The translations under genes were made by a program, and so were the position numbers. A DNA stretch of 63,958 bases, counting the filler, from Octopus bimaculoides (lineage: Eukaryota), in NCBI RefSeq assembly GCF_001194135.2. It is 7 parts of 7 records of this genome, joined end to end, with 100 filler letters (N's around TTAATTAATTAA, not from the genome) between each part and the next. Parts side by side here need not be neighbours in the genome. Positions count along the whole stretch, not along the records: positions 1 to 13,979 come from NC_068991.1; 6 more parts are not named here. One strand, 5' to 3'. The stretch's first letter is position 1. Every line of letters starts with the position of its first letter. Shown here in pieces: positions 1 to 12,733 of this stretch. The notes beneath the pieces are model-generated. The model did not search any database and was not told where the DNA came from. It worked only from the letters and a program-made list of their open reading frames with translations.

Positions 1-51
<51 letters not shown>

Positions 52-696
52 ACATATATATATATACACACATATATATATATATATATATACACACACA
101 TACATAACCTATTATTTAATAGACAACCTGAAGCTATATTGCGGAAAATTATCAAATAATTCACACAATGCCCGTTGTAGTTTCTTTATTGAGTCGTTTG
201 CTGACATCACAACAAAATTTGATAAAATATAAATATTACGCAAAGCTGATTTTCTAAAGAATTGGCTAGTTTCTTTGTAAAAATAATAGTTGGTTTGCTG
301 TAGCCACTTGTAAGAGGATTAAAAGCGAATACTCGGCTTGATTGTAAAATCGATTGAGAAGATAGCTGCTAAAAGAGAAGTACTCAGTCGTTCTGATGGT
401 AAAGCCGATTGAGTAGAAGGTAAAAATTGAATACATGGTCTGGTGTCTGGTTGTAAACTCGATCGAGTATTAAATGTTTGGAGAGCAGATCTTTTAGTTT
501 CCTTTTTTACTTGTCTTAGTCAGTGAAATGCGGCTTCCTGGGACATCAGCTCGAAGGTTTCAATTTAAAATCGATCTCAGTAATTGTACTTTAAAAAAAT
601 CTGGTACTTATTTTATCGGACATTTTGTTGCCGAACTGCTAAATTATGGGGAGATAAACAAACTTACACCGGCTGTCAGTTGGAGATAGGTGACAT

Positions 697-1008
697 ACTG
701 ACACTCTGTCGGTGACGACAACGTGGGTTCCTGTTGATCCGTTCAACAAAACAGGCAACTCATGAAACAAACGTGCAAGTGGCCGAGCACTCCGCAGATA
801 CGTGTACTCTTAACGGAATTCTCTAGGAAATTCGGTGTGACATAAAATGTGACAAGGTCGGTCCTTTCAATTACAATTGCAACTCATTTTTGCCAGTTGA
901 GTTGACTGGAGAAATATGGAATAATGTGTCTTGCTCGGGGACACGGCGCGCGCTGGGAATCGAACTCACGACTTTATGATCGTTAACCGAATAGCCTTAA
1001 TCACTAAC
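697..1008 (-). mobile_element. tRNA-derived SINE, family D
   Basis: Minus strand has an A-box-like TTAGTGATTAAGG and B-box GAGTTCGATTCCC. The 3' ~170 nt match the 3' part of the family C copy at 22147-22546. Confidence 0.8.
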
Positions 1009-1010
1009 CC

Positions 1011-1091
1011 TGAAATTTTTGATGAAAATTTTTGATGAAATTTTTGATGAAAATGTTTGATGAAAAGTTTTCGATGAGAATTTTTGATGAA
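1011..1091. repeat. Minisatellite, about 6 units of 12-14 bp (TGAAAATTTTTGA)
   Basis: Directly visible degenerate tandem units. Confidence 0.85.
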
Positions 1092-1280
1092 CAATATATA
1101 TATAAACATGCGTGGAGGCATTTGAATTCTTTGCAATCAAACTTGATTGCAAAGAATTCAAACTAGATGGAAAACATCTATATATGTATACAACATACGA
1201 ATACTTACATATACGCACGTATATACACACACATATATGGAGTTTACACGGACATTTGAACCGGTCAGGTGCATATGTAC

Positions 1281-1321
<41 letters not shown>

Positions 1322-1618
1322 TACGTGTATACGTGCGTATATGTAAGTATTCATATGTTGTATATATATACATACATATATATATATATATATATGCAAA
1401 TTAGGGTTAGTTTATACAGGTAATGGTATATCATTAGCATTGTCCTGCGCTTGAGAATAGAATTATTTCCTCATCTATATCTTTCCATACATCTCAACGC
1501 TTCTAAAGCAAACTTTGTTGCCTTTCAACGTAAGTTGAATTTAACACACATACAAACACACACACATATACATATGTATGTATTCCAAGTTGAAGGATTG
1601 GAAATGGTAAAATCCAAG

Positions 1619-1847
1619 CTACATATGTTTCCTAGCTACTAGATTCTCTGATGTAATAATTACTCAACAGGGAGCACTCCGCTTGCTACTTATCAGGTTT
1701 AAGACACCTTAATTATATGAAGTCTACATTGTCGTTTGGGAATCCTAAGTTAACTTACCAAAGATGTAATTCGAATTATTACATCAGAGGACCTGGTAGC
1801 TAGGAATTATTACATCAGAGGATCTGCTAGCTGGGGAAAATATGTAG
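1619..1847. mobile_element. MITE-like fold-back element with ~43-bp imperfect TIRs
   Basis: 1619-1661 is the imperfect reverse complement of 1805-1847. Part of the right TIR is tandemly duplicated (1774-1806). TA lies at both ends. Confidence 0.6.
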
Positions 1848-3284
1848 TCTAGATTTTACCTGTTCTACTCCCTCAACTTGGATGTTTATTCGCATTCATA
1901 GTAACTCTAGTTGCTAATCGTGAGCTATACATAATTTTTTTTCAGCTCATCGAACTTCGATATGGGAAAATCCTACAACCTTCGACGCCCGTAAATTCTT
2001 CTTCTTCTTCTTCCTGAACGTTGTTTTGTATATCTACCAGGGACGGTTCGAAGCTTACAAATTTCCTACATTCAGATGCTTGGATCTTACATATATATAT
2101 ATATANNNNNNNNNNNNNNNNNNNNNNNNNNNNNNNNNNNNNNNNNNNNNNNNNNNNNNNNNNNNNNNNNNNNNNNNNNNNNNNNNNNNNNNNNNNNNNN
2201 NNNNNNNNNNNNNNNNNNNNNNNNNNNNNNNNNNNNNNNNNNNNNNNNGTGTCTAGCTGTATATGCAATAACTTTGATGAATAGCATGTTTTTTTTGTAA
2301 AGTAAATCCCTATTAAATTTTTATTAAAAAAACAGTCATTATGTCACGGAACCATAGACTGTTTTTTCACAGAACTTTTCGGGTTCTTCTGAACTCATTT
2401 AGGAAAACGTTACTGAAGTGAATTTACTTTAAACTCGAGGTGGGGGAATAAAAAAAGAAAAAAAAACTTTATTGCAATTTATACAATTTGTTTATCCACA
2501 GCCTTTGGCATGACTAAAATTCAATTTGATTCAATTGTCTCATCACGAGTGGAGTTATTCTGTTACTGAATCACTCAAGTTTATCGCTTCATCTCTGTTT
2601 TTGATGTTTCTGTCTGTATGTGTGAGTGTGTGCGTTTGCTTGCTCTTTTAATTTCGATGTAATTGCTATATCGGGAATATATTCTTAAATCTAAATTGCT
2701 TGCATCAGGCAAGACGCCAATCGGTTTTATTGAATTGCAATAATTTTATTTTATAATAAGCTACCATTTATCCAGAATATTATATTTATTATCAGATATT
2801 TCAATTCGTTATGACGTTTGATGCCTTTCACTCGCAAAATCATTTTACTCCTGGCTTTAAAATGTTCTGGCATTAAAGAATCTGGCATTAAATATGAATC
2901 AAAACATAGAAGAAACTCTATTATAATTTTATGCCCCAAGGGATTGAACTACAAATAATTATTTGAAAAGCCAACAGGGAGATTTATATAGGTTAATTGT
3001 TTGAAATGTTACACAAAGGAATTCAAATACCCATCCTTCGGTCATGTGACAGTTCCAATAATTCGTAATGTTGGTACGAAATCAAACTGCTGTAGAGTAC
3101 ATTCTTTCATTCATTGTATTTGGTTTACTTGTTTCAGTAATGAGGCAGTGACCATAATGGAGCATCACCTTAATGGGGTCTTATTTGCTCATAACGACCC
3201 CAGATCTTCTTTTAAAGTATCTGACTGATATTTGTTTGTCGTTGAATTGCGGGACATACACACAGCCAATATAATGACAGACTT

Positions 3285-3497
3285 GGCAGTGAGCTGGCAG
3301 AATCGTTAGCATGCCAGACAAAATGCGTAGCGGTATGTCTTCCGTGTTTATGTTCTGAGTTCAAATTCCGCCGAGGTCGGCTTTGTCTTTCATCCTTTCC
3401 GGGTCGATGAAATAAGTAACAGTCAAATACTGAGGTCGATGTAATCGATTTGTCTCTTCTCTCAAAAAACTAACAGTCCTGTGACAAAATCTGAAAC
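3285..3497 (+). mobile_element. tRNA-derived SINE, family A
   Basis: GAGCTGGCAGAATCGTTAGC head, GAGTTCAAATTCC B-box and GAGGTCGnCTTTGnCTTTCATCC core shared with about 20 other copies in the window. Confidence 0.9.
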
Positions 3498-4296
3498 TAC
3501 ATACATGTATACATGCACGAGTAAATGCTTTGGTGACAATCTGAATGAGCTAGGATTTTCAGACAAAGAAATCAGCCAATTAACACGCACATTAAGACTA
3601 CAATCTGTAAGTGGAACAGTAAAAATGTGCAAGACTTTNNNNNNNNNNNNNNNNNNNNNNNNNNNNNNNNNNNNNNNNNNNNNNNNNNNNNNNNNNNNNN
3701 NNNNNNNNNNNNNNNNNNNNNNNNNNNNNNNNNNNNNNNNNNNNNNNNNNNNNNNNNNNNNNNNNNNNNNNNNNNNNNNNNNNNNNNNNNNNNNNNNNNN
3801 NNNNNNNNNNNNNNNNNNNNNNNNNNNNNNNNNNNNNNNNNNNNNNNNNNNNNNNNNNNNNNNNNNNNNNNNNNNNNNNNNNNNNNNNNNNNNNNNNNNN
3901 NNNNNNNNNNNNNNNNNNNNNNNNNNNNNNNNNNNNNNNNNNNNNNNNNNNNNNNNNNNNNNNNNNNNNNNNNNNNNNNNNNNNNNNNNNNNNNNNNNNN
4001 NNNNNNNNNNNNNNNNNNNNNNNNNNNNNNNNNNNNNNNAATGTATATATATATATATTTGTATGTATGTATGTATGTGTATATATTTATGTTGTATGTA
4101 TGCATATATGTGTATGTATGTATGTTTGTATGTATGTATGCATGTATATATATGTGCATGTATGTTTGAACATATGCATATATGTATATGCATGTATGTA
4201 CGTATGTAGCCATCTAACTATATGTATGTGTATATATCTATATATACACACACTCACACATATATATGTATATATATTTATATGTATATTTATGCA

Positions 4297-4346
<50 letters not shown>

Positions 4347-4545
4347 CAGATATATATGTATGCTAGTTTAGTTTTAGTTTTTGCATCTACGCAGTGAAAA
4401 TGTTTGCATTGGAACGCAATATTACAAGCAGATCATATGATATATGACTTACCCACATATAACAAAATAATTAATTTCTTTAGCAGCATTTCGTGCCATT
4501 GATTCTGCTAGCTGGACTAATAACAACAACAATAATTCGTTCTGC

Positions 4546-4640
4546 TATAAGCGCAAAGTCTGAAATTTTGGGGCGACGGGGGGCTAATCGATTATATCGA
4601 CCCCACTGCTCTTGAGAAGACGAAAAGCAAAGTCGACCTC
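4546..4640 (-). mobile_element. Family A SINE fragment
   Basis: Reverse complement of the core and tail of family A. Confidence 0.7.
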
Positions 4641-4749
4641 GATAATATATGAAATAAGGACGTAAAAAGCGAGAAGGAAATACAAATAATATAAATGATA
4701 GAACTATCGACACTGAAATTAAAGATTTAGCTGGAAACTAGCTACGCAA

Positions 4750-5090
4750 CAATAAAAGACATAGATATTGATAAACCAGCAGAAAAGAATATAAAAAAAA
4801 TTGAAGACAAAAATCAAAAGAATTTCAAATTACATTGAACAAAAAAAAAAAAGAAAGAAAAACCACTCCATGGTCAATATCCTCAACAGAGAGGAAGCAA
4901 TGCAAAATGAAAGCCAACGATGCCACAAAAGCTCTGGATTAAAGCGAAAACAGAATGTCTGATTCTAGCTGCAGAGTGTTAATGTCTAACCTGAAATAAT
5001 TATTAATATTTGTGTTAAAGAAGATGTTAACATCTAGCGAAGAATGACGAGATAAACAAAATGTTATTAATGTTTCTAATGCGGAAACGT
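4750..5090 (+). mobile_element. Highly degenerate R4/Dong-type LINE fragment
   Basis: Broken frames read KPLHGQYP...SSGLK.KTECLILAA, homologous to the SSGLKAETEGFLIAAQ segment of the 37723-38544 copy. Confidence 0.55.
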
Positions 5091-5355
5091 TAATAAATAA
5101 TAGATAATAAATGAATTATGGTGACAAGATAAAGCAACAACATAAAACAAGAAACAGCGTACGCGTGTATTGGGATGGTTAATATGGAGTAAAAGGGTGA
5201 GATCAATAATATCATTAAAGATATTAATATATTGATAATAAAAAATAGCGATATCAATATTGAATAAGAATATAAGAACGAAGAAAGGTATCCAAAATGG
5301 ATTGGAGTGAAAGCAACAGTATAGGATCATTCGGAGTAATAATAATGATGATGAT

Positions 5356-5771
5356 GATAACAGGTGCTAGAGCATAACAGACCCGACAAGATGTGCCACA
5401 TGTGCTATACAGTTGATGTTGCATGCCCCTTTGACCCACGAATGTTGAAGAAGGAAGACGAAAAAATCGATAAATACAACCCTCTTAAGTGCGAAATAGC
5501 CCGGCTATGCAAAATGAAGAAGGTGAATATAGTGCCAATTATTGTTGGGTCCTTGGGAACAGTATCAGAAGGCATCAAGAAGAATATGAAGGAAATTGGA
5601 ATAGAGTGCCCTGTGGAACTGTTACAAAAGAGTTGCCTGCTTGGCACGGCCAGAATAATCAGGAAAGTATTAGAGAGCTGAAAAGAACGGATAGCATGGT
5701 ACCGTAGGCTGCAGGTAACAAGCCCGTTACGCAAGAACTCAGGAGCTCCAACAAAACCTGTGATAAAAAAA

Positions 5772-5772
<1 letters not shown>
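5356..5772 (+). mobile_element. R4/Dong-type LINE 3' end (restriction-like endonuclease domain plus 3' UTR)
   Basis: ORF 5364-5681 reads HNRPD...VDVACPFD...EKIDKY...IVPIIVGSLG...LLGTARIIRKVL, the PD-(D/E)xK RLE C-terminus. It is followed by (TAA)n at 5772-5824. Confidence 0.85.
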
Positions 5773-5824
<52 letters not shown>

Positions 5825-5827
5825 CAT

Positions 5828-5969
5828 CTGAATCTGAAGACGAAAACAATACCTATTGTCATAGGTGCCCTGGGAATGACAGCGAAACGGGCTGATTACT
5901 ACCTAGCTCAGATACCAGGAAACCCCAAAATGGCTGAAGTTCAAAAGATAGTGCTCATGGGAACTGCCC
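5828..5969 (+). mobile_element. Second R4/Dong-type RLE fragment, different subfamily
   Basis: Reads NLKTKTIPIVIGALGMTAKRADYYLAQIPGNPKMAEVQKIVLMGTA and runs into a gap. Confidence 0.8.
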
Positions 5970-6549
5970 NNNNNNNNNNNNNNNNNNNNNNNNNNNNNNN
6001 NNNNNNNNNNNNNNNNNNNNNNNNNNNNNNNNNNNNNNNNNNNNNNNNNNNNNNNNNNNNNNNNNNNNNNNNNNNNNNNNNNNNNNNNNNNNNNNNNNNN
6101 NNNNNNNNNNNNNNNNNNNNNNNNNNNNNNNNNNNNNNNNNNNNNNNNNNNNNNNNNNNNNNNNNNNNNNNNNNNNNNNNNNNNNNNNNNNNNNNNNNNN
6201 NNNNNNNNNNNNNNNNNNNNNNNNNNNNNNNNNNNNNNNNNNNNNNNNNNNNNNNNNNNNNNNNNNNNNNNNNNNNNNNNNNNNNNNNNNNNNNNNNNNN
6301 NNNNNNNNNNNNNNNNNNNNNNNNNNNNNNNNNNNNNNNNNNNNNNNNNNNNNNNNNNNNNNNNNNNNNNNNNNNNNNNNNNNNNNNNNNNNNNNNNNNN
6401 NNNNNNNNNNNNNNNNNNNNNNNNNNNNNNNNNNNNNNNNNNNNNNNNNNNNNNNNNNNNNNNNNNNNNNNNNNNNNNNNNNNNNNNNNNNNNNNNNNNN
6501 NNNNNNNNNNNNNNNNNNNNNNNNNNNNNNNNNNNNNNNNNNNNNNNNN

Positions 6550-7500
6550 GCCAGGCACTCACTGCCCTCTACCAATCGGGCAATCCGATCGTCCATTCTT
6601 GAGTTCTATAGAGGGTTAGTGGAGGGAAAAACGATGATGCACTTGAAGAGACGCTAGGCGTTGACGAAATCGAACTAACCAGTCTATTCAGGAGGTCTTT
6701 CGAGCCGGGGACGATGGATTACTTCCAGAAATCCCTAGCTTGGCAGTGCTACCGGGGGGAGGGAGGGCACTGCCGGTTCGAGATAAACTCTATAGGCACG
6801 GAAGTGCTGTCGGACGGACCTGCCCAAGATGCGTGCAGAGCGACGAAACCGTTCTGCACGCACTCGTTCAGTGTCCTTGCATTACTGACTTGTGGAGTTA
6901 TGTTGAACAGCTGTTATCACGTGCAGGATGGATCTGGCTATCGGCCGAGTCCATAGTGAAGATCGATCCGCCGCCTTCCATCGGTTAGGAAGGGCAGGCA
7001 ATTTTTCTCTGTCTGATGACAGTAGCGAAAGAGATTGTATGGAGGACCAGGTTGAAAGGACAGAAGACACACTTTTCTCTTCGGCCAATCACTCATCAAC
7101 TTTTTCAATTTTCCTTTGGAAAAGAAGATGGGGATGGAGAGAGAGAAGTCCTGTTCCCCAGTACATTTGCTAAAAGGTGGGTGAATGTAGCGAAAATGGC
7201 ACGTCTGAGTGCACCTACTCTAATAATACGCCTGTAGGCTAGTTAATTTGAGAGGGAGAAGGGTGCTCTTCTCAGATGCCCTCGAAGCGTCGAGTGGTTC
7301 AGGATTGGTGGGGTACCTGAGCCAACTCCAGATGTTACCTCCTCCCCTATTGGGGAACTTTCATTGTTATATTCTCTTGTTGGGTATCATTGTTATTCTT
7401 TTGTGTACTTGTTTCTGTGTAAAATCCCCACTGTCCATGTCTACTCTATCGTTCCTTATATGTCGGCCCTAGTGGCTAATAAATGAAATAATAATAATCA
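6550..7500 (+). mobile_element. Tx1/L1-clade LINE 3' part (C-terminal zinc finger plus 3' UTR), frameshifted
   Basis: LAWQCY...LPVRDKLYRHG...CPRC...ETVLHALVQCP (zf-RVT-like CCHC motif), then AKRWVNVAKMARL...IRL* and an AATAAA/(AAT)n tail. Confidence 0.85.
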
Positions 7501-7512
7501 TTATTAGTATTG

Positions 7513-7730
7513 AAGTGGCAGGCTGGCAGAATCGTTAACGCGCTGGGCGAAATGCTTAGCCGTATTTCACCCGTCGCTATGTTCTGAGTTCAAATTCAGC
7601 CGAGGTCGGTTTTGCATTTCATCCTATCGGGGTCGATAAATTAAGTACCAGTAAAACACTGGGGTCGGCATAATCGATTCATCCCCTCCCCCAAAATGGT
7701 TGCCCTTGTGGAAAAATTTTAAACCGTTAT
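7513..7730 (+). mobile_element. Family A SINE
   Basis: Full head, core and tail, sitting in the AAT-rich tail of the preceding Tx1 copy. Confidence 0.9.
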
Positions 7731-8257
7731 TATTATTATTATTATTTCTTATATAGATGGTGCTCCTGTTTGGTCGCAGTCCAATGATTGAAACAAGTAC
7801 AAAAGCGAGAGAAGAGGAGATAAGTCTACATACTCATTAGCAGGCAATGTCGACGTAGACGAAATTTTTAACTGAATAAGTAAATGGACGTAATCTAACA
7901 CAGCAAGAGGTATTTTATCCAGCACTGTTTTGTTGCGGCTTTCTATCGGTTTTAGATAAGACGAGGCTGTAGGAGTGTTGTGGGAAATTGCAGTTTTATC
8001 GATGAATGTTTGAAAATGTGTTCAGTGTGGGTAGATGGCTTGTACAGAGGCGAGTGTGAGAGAAAATAAAAATAATATAAAACAAGTTTTAGCATACACA
8101 ACGCCATATAGTTGATCGATTTTTGATAACTTAATTTTCTAAAAGCTACCATTTATTTAGTATTTAATTTCTCCTAAAAACAAAAAACAAAAAATCTAGT
8201 ATCAGAAAGCAGTCTGTGTAAACACTCATATTTAAATCTCCCTTTCTGTCTCTGCTC

Positions 8258-8292
<35 letters not shown>

Positions 8293-9200
8293 NNNNNNNN
8301 NNNNNNNNNNNNNNNNNNNNNNNNNNNNNNNNNNNNNNNNNNNNNNNNNNNNNNNNNNNNNNNNNNNNNNNNNNNNNNNNNNNNNNNNNNNNNNNNNNNN
8401 NNNNNNNNNNNNNNNNNNNNNNNNNNNNNNNNNNNNNNNNNNNNNNNNNNNNNNNNNNNNNNNNNNNNNNNNNNNNNNNTATATATATATATATATATGT
8501 ATATATGCACACACACATAGACACAAGACAAATATATCATCAGAGCAATTTATCTAAATACTTACGTTTGTGTTTCTCATTCACACATTCACACGCACAA
8601 ACTTTCTATTTATACACACACGTACATGCACACATACATATATATATATTTGTGTGTGTATATGTGTGCATGCGTGTGTGTATGTGTGCGTGCGTGCATG
8701 TGTAAATATGATTATGGAGCCATTCGCATAACTGCGTATATAGATATGTACGTATGATATTGGGATTAGGCATGTTATCTATGCAAATAGGTGTGGATGA
8801 TGTACCGTACTGATATGAACTACCCAACCTTATCGGGATGTGTTATTAGGGATTTGAAATATATGTTATGTGTTGTAGATGCAAAAATGCTTTCTGACTG
8901 TGATAAATGATAATAACATTTTATAATTCTTGAGCAACACGGTTTAAACCGCCATTTTTCTAGTATAATAGATTTTGTTTTGTTGAGTTTGTAAGGTTCA
9001 CGTTTATGCATGACTTGTCAGGAATTTTGAAATGCATTTTGTGAAGTATTGGGACGTTTCAAATGAGGTAATCATTTATTGTTTACTTGTTTCAGTCTTT
9101 GACCTGTGGCCATGCTGGTAGGTAGGTTCGTATTAATAGTATTATAGGGTCCTGGAAAAATCAATGAACTTAGCTTTCTAGTATTATTTCAGTGACTGAT

Positions 9201-9413
9201 AGGACTGCGAGCTGGCAGAATCGTAACCGCATTTATAAACGTAACTACAGAATCGTAAAAGCGGCATTTCGTCCGTCTTTCTGTTCTGATTTCAAATGCC
9301 ACCGAGGTCGACTTTGCCATTCATCTTTTCGGGGTCGATGAAATAAGTACCAGTTGAGCGCTGGGGTCGATGTGATCGACTTACTTGTTGGTCTTGTGCC
9401 AAAATTTGAAATC
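9201..9413 (+). mobile_element. Family A SINE
   Basis: Head, core and GTCTTGTGCCAAAATTTGAAATC tail. Confidence 0.85.
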
Positions 9414-9500
9414 ATTATTTATTGATTGGCAGCAAACCACTGCATGCAATAGATCTGAATTAGACCCCCACCCCTCTAGACTCGTGAGGCGCCCTGGGTT

Positions 9501-9881
9501 TCTTTGGCCGAAACCGCTAAGTTACGTGACGTAAACACACCAACACCGATTGTCGAGTTGTGGTGGGGGACAAACACAGACACACATACGCACACACGTG
9601 CACACACACGCGCACTCACTCACACGCACACACACATACGTACACACACACACACATACACACACACGCATACACACCTACGCACATACACACGCACACA
9701 CACACACGTACACACGTACGACGGACTTCTTTCAGTTTCCCTCTACCAAATCTGCTCACATGGCTTTGGACGTTCCGAGGCTATGGTAAAAGACATTTGC
9801 CCAAGGGATCACGCACCAGGAATGAACCCAGAACCATGTGGTTGAGAAACAAACTTCTTACCGCACAAACAGGCCTGCACC
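9501..9881 (-). mobile_element. tRNA-derived SINE, family B, with expanded internal (CA)n
   Basis: Reverse complement of the family B consensus seen at 40201-40624. Confidence 0.85.
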
Positions 9882-10286
9882 TAAAGGATAGAAATAAAGA
9901 AAAAAAAAAGCTTAATTGATCAATCCTAAGATTAAATGCACCCCAGAAGTTACTCATTGGATATCAATTACTATCTTGCCCAATATATACTTCCATTTTT
10001 CCAAGACGAGGGTTTGTGATTTATGATTAAGTTGACTGTTATTTCTTGCAGACTGTGATAGAGTTGGCTATTATTTCTTACAGATTGAGCAAACGTTGTT
10101 GTTGTTGTTGTTTTTCCTGTTTCTTACACAGATGTTCTAACAGATGCTACTATATTTTACTGCAGCTGCTAATAATGCGGTATATTTGCTATAGATAGCT
10201 TACCCCCCAGTCAGAAATGTCAGGTGTACATGCTGCGATCAATCAATATGTATATAGGCATGTATATATAATTTATGATACATACA

Positions 10287-10322
<36 letters not shown>

Positions 10323-11030
10323 TATATATNNNNNNNNNNNNNNNNNNNNNNNNNNNNNNNNNNNNNNNNNNNNNNNNNNNNNNNNNNNNNNNNNNNNNNN
10401 NNNNNNNNNNNNNNNNNNNNNNNNNNNNNNNNNNNNNNNNNNNNNNNNNNNNNNNNNNNNNNNNNNNNNNNNNNNNNNNNNNNNNNNNNNNNNNNNNNNN
10501 NNNNNNNNNNNNNNNNNNNNNNNNNNNNNNNNNNNNNNNNNNNNNNNNNNNNNNNNNNNNNNNNNNNNNNNNNNNNNNNNNNNNNNNNNNNNNNNNNNNN
10601 NNNNNNNNNNNNNNNNNNNNNNNNNNNNNNNNNNNNNNNNNNNNNNNNNNNNNNNNNNNNNNNNNNNNNNNNNNNNNNNNNNNNNNNNNNNNNNNNNNNN
10701 NNNNNNNNNNNNNNNNNNNNNNNNNNNNNNNNNNNNNNNNNNNNNNNNNNNNNNNNNNNNNNNNNNNNNNNNNNNNNNNNNNNNNNNNNNNNNNNNNNNN
10801 NNNNNNNNNNNNNNNNNNNNNNNNNNNNNNNNNNNNNNNNNNNNNNNNNNNNNNNNNNNNNNNNNNNNNNNNNNNNNNNNNNNNNNNNNNNNNNNNNNNN
10901 NNNNNNNNNNNNNNNNNNNNNNNNNNNNNNNNNNNNNNNNNNNNNNNNNNNNNNNNNNNNNNNNNNNNNNNNNNNNNNNNNNNNNNNNNNNNNNNNNNNN
11001 NNNNNNNNNNNNNNNNNNNNNNNNNNNNNN

Positions 11031-11086
<56 letters not shown>

Positions 11087-12121
11087 GATGAGGGAGACAA
11101 TTGATGAGGAAGACATTGCGCAAAATATCAACTGCTTCCTGTCGAGGTACGACGGCAAGATGAAAATGTTCGAATTAAAGCAATCTGTAGGTATTTCTTG
11201 TCAATTAGCTTTTGCAGCAATCATCATCTACAAATGTCCATTATTATATTGGCGAATTATGAGAAAAACAAAAACAAACTATCATTGTTTTCATCGTTTA
11301 CTTTGGCTTTTGCCAGAAAAACACGACGTTGAAAACAAATTAACGACAGACGTGTAGCTTCTAACAATTTTTCTCAGAGATGTTATATTACCCAGTCAAA
11401 TGAAAAACAGACGTACGGACATTACCATATATTTATCCAGCTAGATGTAAACGGCATTACAAAAAGGAAGGTGTTGTCTGCGGTCATTTTGAAGCATTGT
11501 ATTGATTAAATTGTACAGATTCGAAAAAGAATCAACATTGTAATCAAATGTTTAGGAACTTATTACATGTTTTGGCATTTCTGGTTGGAAGTCTTTGATC
11601 CTCTGCTACAATCAATAGTTCTTTTATTCTGAAGTTTTGTCCTGTGTTTCTTAACAAATGCTATAGTTCTTTTTGTCTAAATCCTCACAGTTTTGTTTTC
11701 TTTTTCAGGTATTGTCTAATTAGTAGGTCTTTCTTGGTATAGGCGTAGACGTGGCTGAGTGGTAAGAAGTTTGCTTCCCAACCACACGTTAAAATACGGT
11801 AAGTGAATATTGCTTACAGAAGGACCGTGTGGATCCTTAGACCTTGCGCAGAGATCCAAATATCATTAACACAATAGCCCCTACAATTGTATGCCATTGA
11901 TTCGAGTGATGTTGGCCCCTGTAGTTTTACCATACCGAACGAAATATCTTAAGGACAAGGATATTGGTAAAACAATAACTAAAATATAAAAAAAATATGA
12001 CATGACAGGGATCATGTCAAAACATCGAGGCTTCATTCTTTTCAACGCTGTTAGGAGCAAAGCCTCATTTGTTATAGGTGGAAAATATACTGTTAATGTT
12101 GTCTTACATTAATTCTTCTTT

Positions 12122-12501
12122 TATTCTTTTACTTGTTTCACTCATTTGACTGCGGCCATGCTGGAGCACCACCTTGAGTCGAACAAATCGACCCTAGGAC
12201 TTATTCTTTGTAAGCCTAGTACTTATTCTATCGGTCTCTTTTATCGAACCATTAAGTTACGGGGGACGTAAACGCACCAACATCGGTTGTCAAGCGATGG
12301 TGGGGAACAAGCACGGACACACAAATACATATATACTTGACGGGCTTCTTTCAGTTTCCGTCTACCAAATCCATTCACAAGACTTTGGTCAGCTCGAGGC
12401 TATAGTAAAAAAGACTTGCCCAAGGTGCCTCACAGTGGAACTGAACCCGGAATCGTGTGGTTGCGAAGCAAGCTTCTTACCACAGAGTCTCGTCTGCGCC
12501 T
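12122..12501 (-). mobile_element. Family B SINE, full length
   Basis: Complete head to tail match with 40201-40624. Confidence 0.9.
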
Positions 12502-12520
12502 AATATTAAACGGAGTTCAA

Positions 12521-12733
12521 ATGGTGACGAACTAACCGAATCGTTAGCACGCCGGACAAAACATGTAGCAACAGTTCGTCCGCTTTCATGCTCTGAGTCC
12601 AAATCTCACAGAGGTCAACGTTGTCTTTCATCCCCTCGGGGTCCATAAAATAAGAACCATTTGAGTACTGGGGTCGATGTAATCGACTTACCTCTTCTTC
12701 GAAATTGCTGGTCTTGTGCCAAAATTTGAAATC
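12521..12733 (+). mobile_element. Family A SINE, head-to-head with the adjacent B copy
   Basis: Diverged head, core and tail of family A. Confidence 0.8.

Noticed and set aside
330-470. Three loosely repeated GTAAAnnCGATnGAG words about 55-60 bp apart
   Set aside because: Too short and degenerate to distinguish from chance or an ancient minisatellite.
1950-2000. HRTSIWENPTTFDARKF after a TTTTTTTCAG acceptor, resembling the cytochrome P450 PERF region
   Set aside because: The invariant P and R are absent, the frame runs into a (TTC)n repeat, and no donor site or other P450 exon was found. Probably chance.
3285-3380. tRNA-like A/B-box segments as true tRNA genes (here and at all SINE heads)
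   Set aside because: There is no complete cloverleaf, and each continues into a shared SINE body.
7010-7030. CTGATGA...CGAAA word pairs here and at 5835 and 24168
   Set aside because: They lie within LINE or transposase coding sequence and lack stems I-III.
11085-11357. Open frame ELMRETIDEEDIAQNINCFLSRYDGKMK...
   Set aside because: It is contiguous with a (GA)n repeat and a gap, with no homology recognised and no clear exon boundaries.
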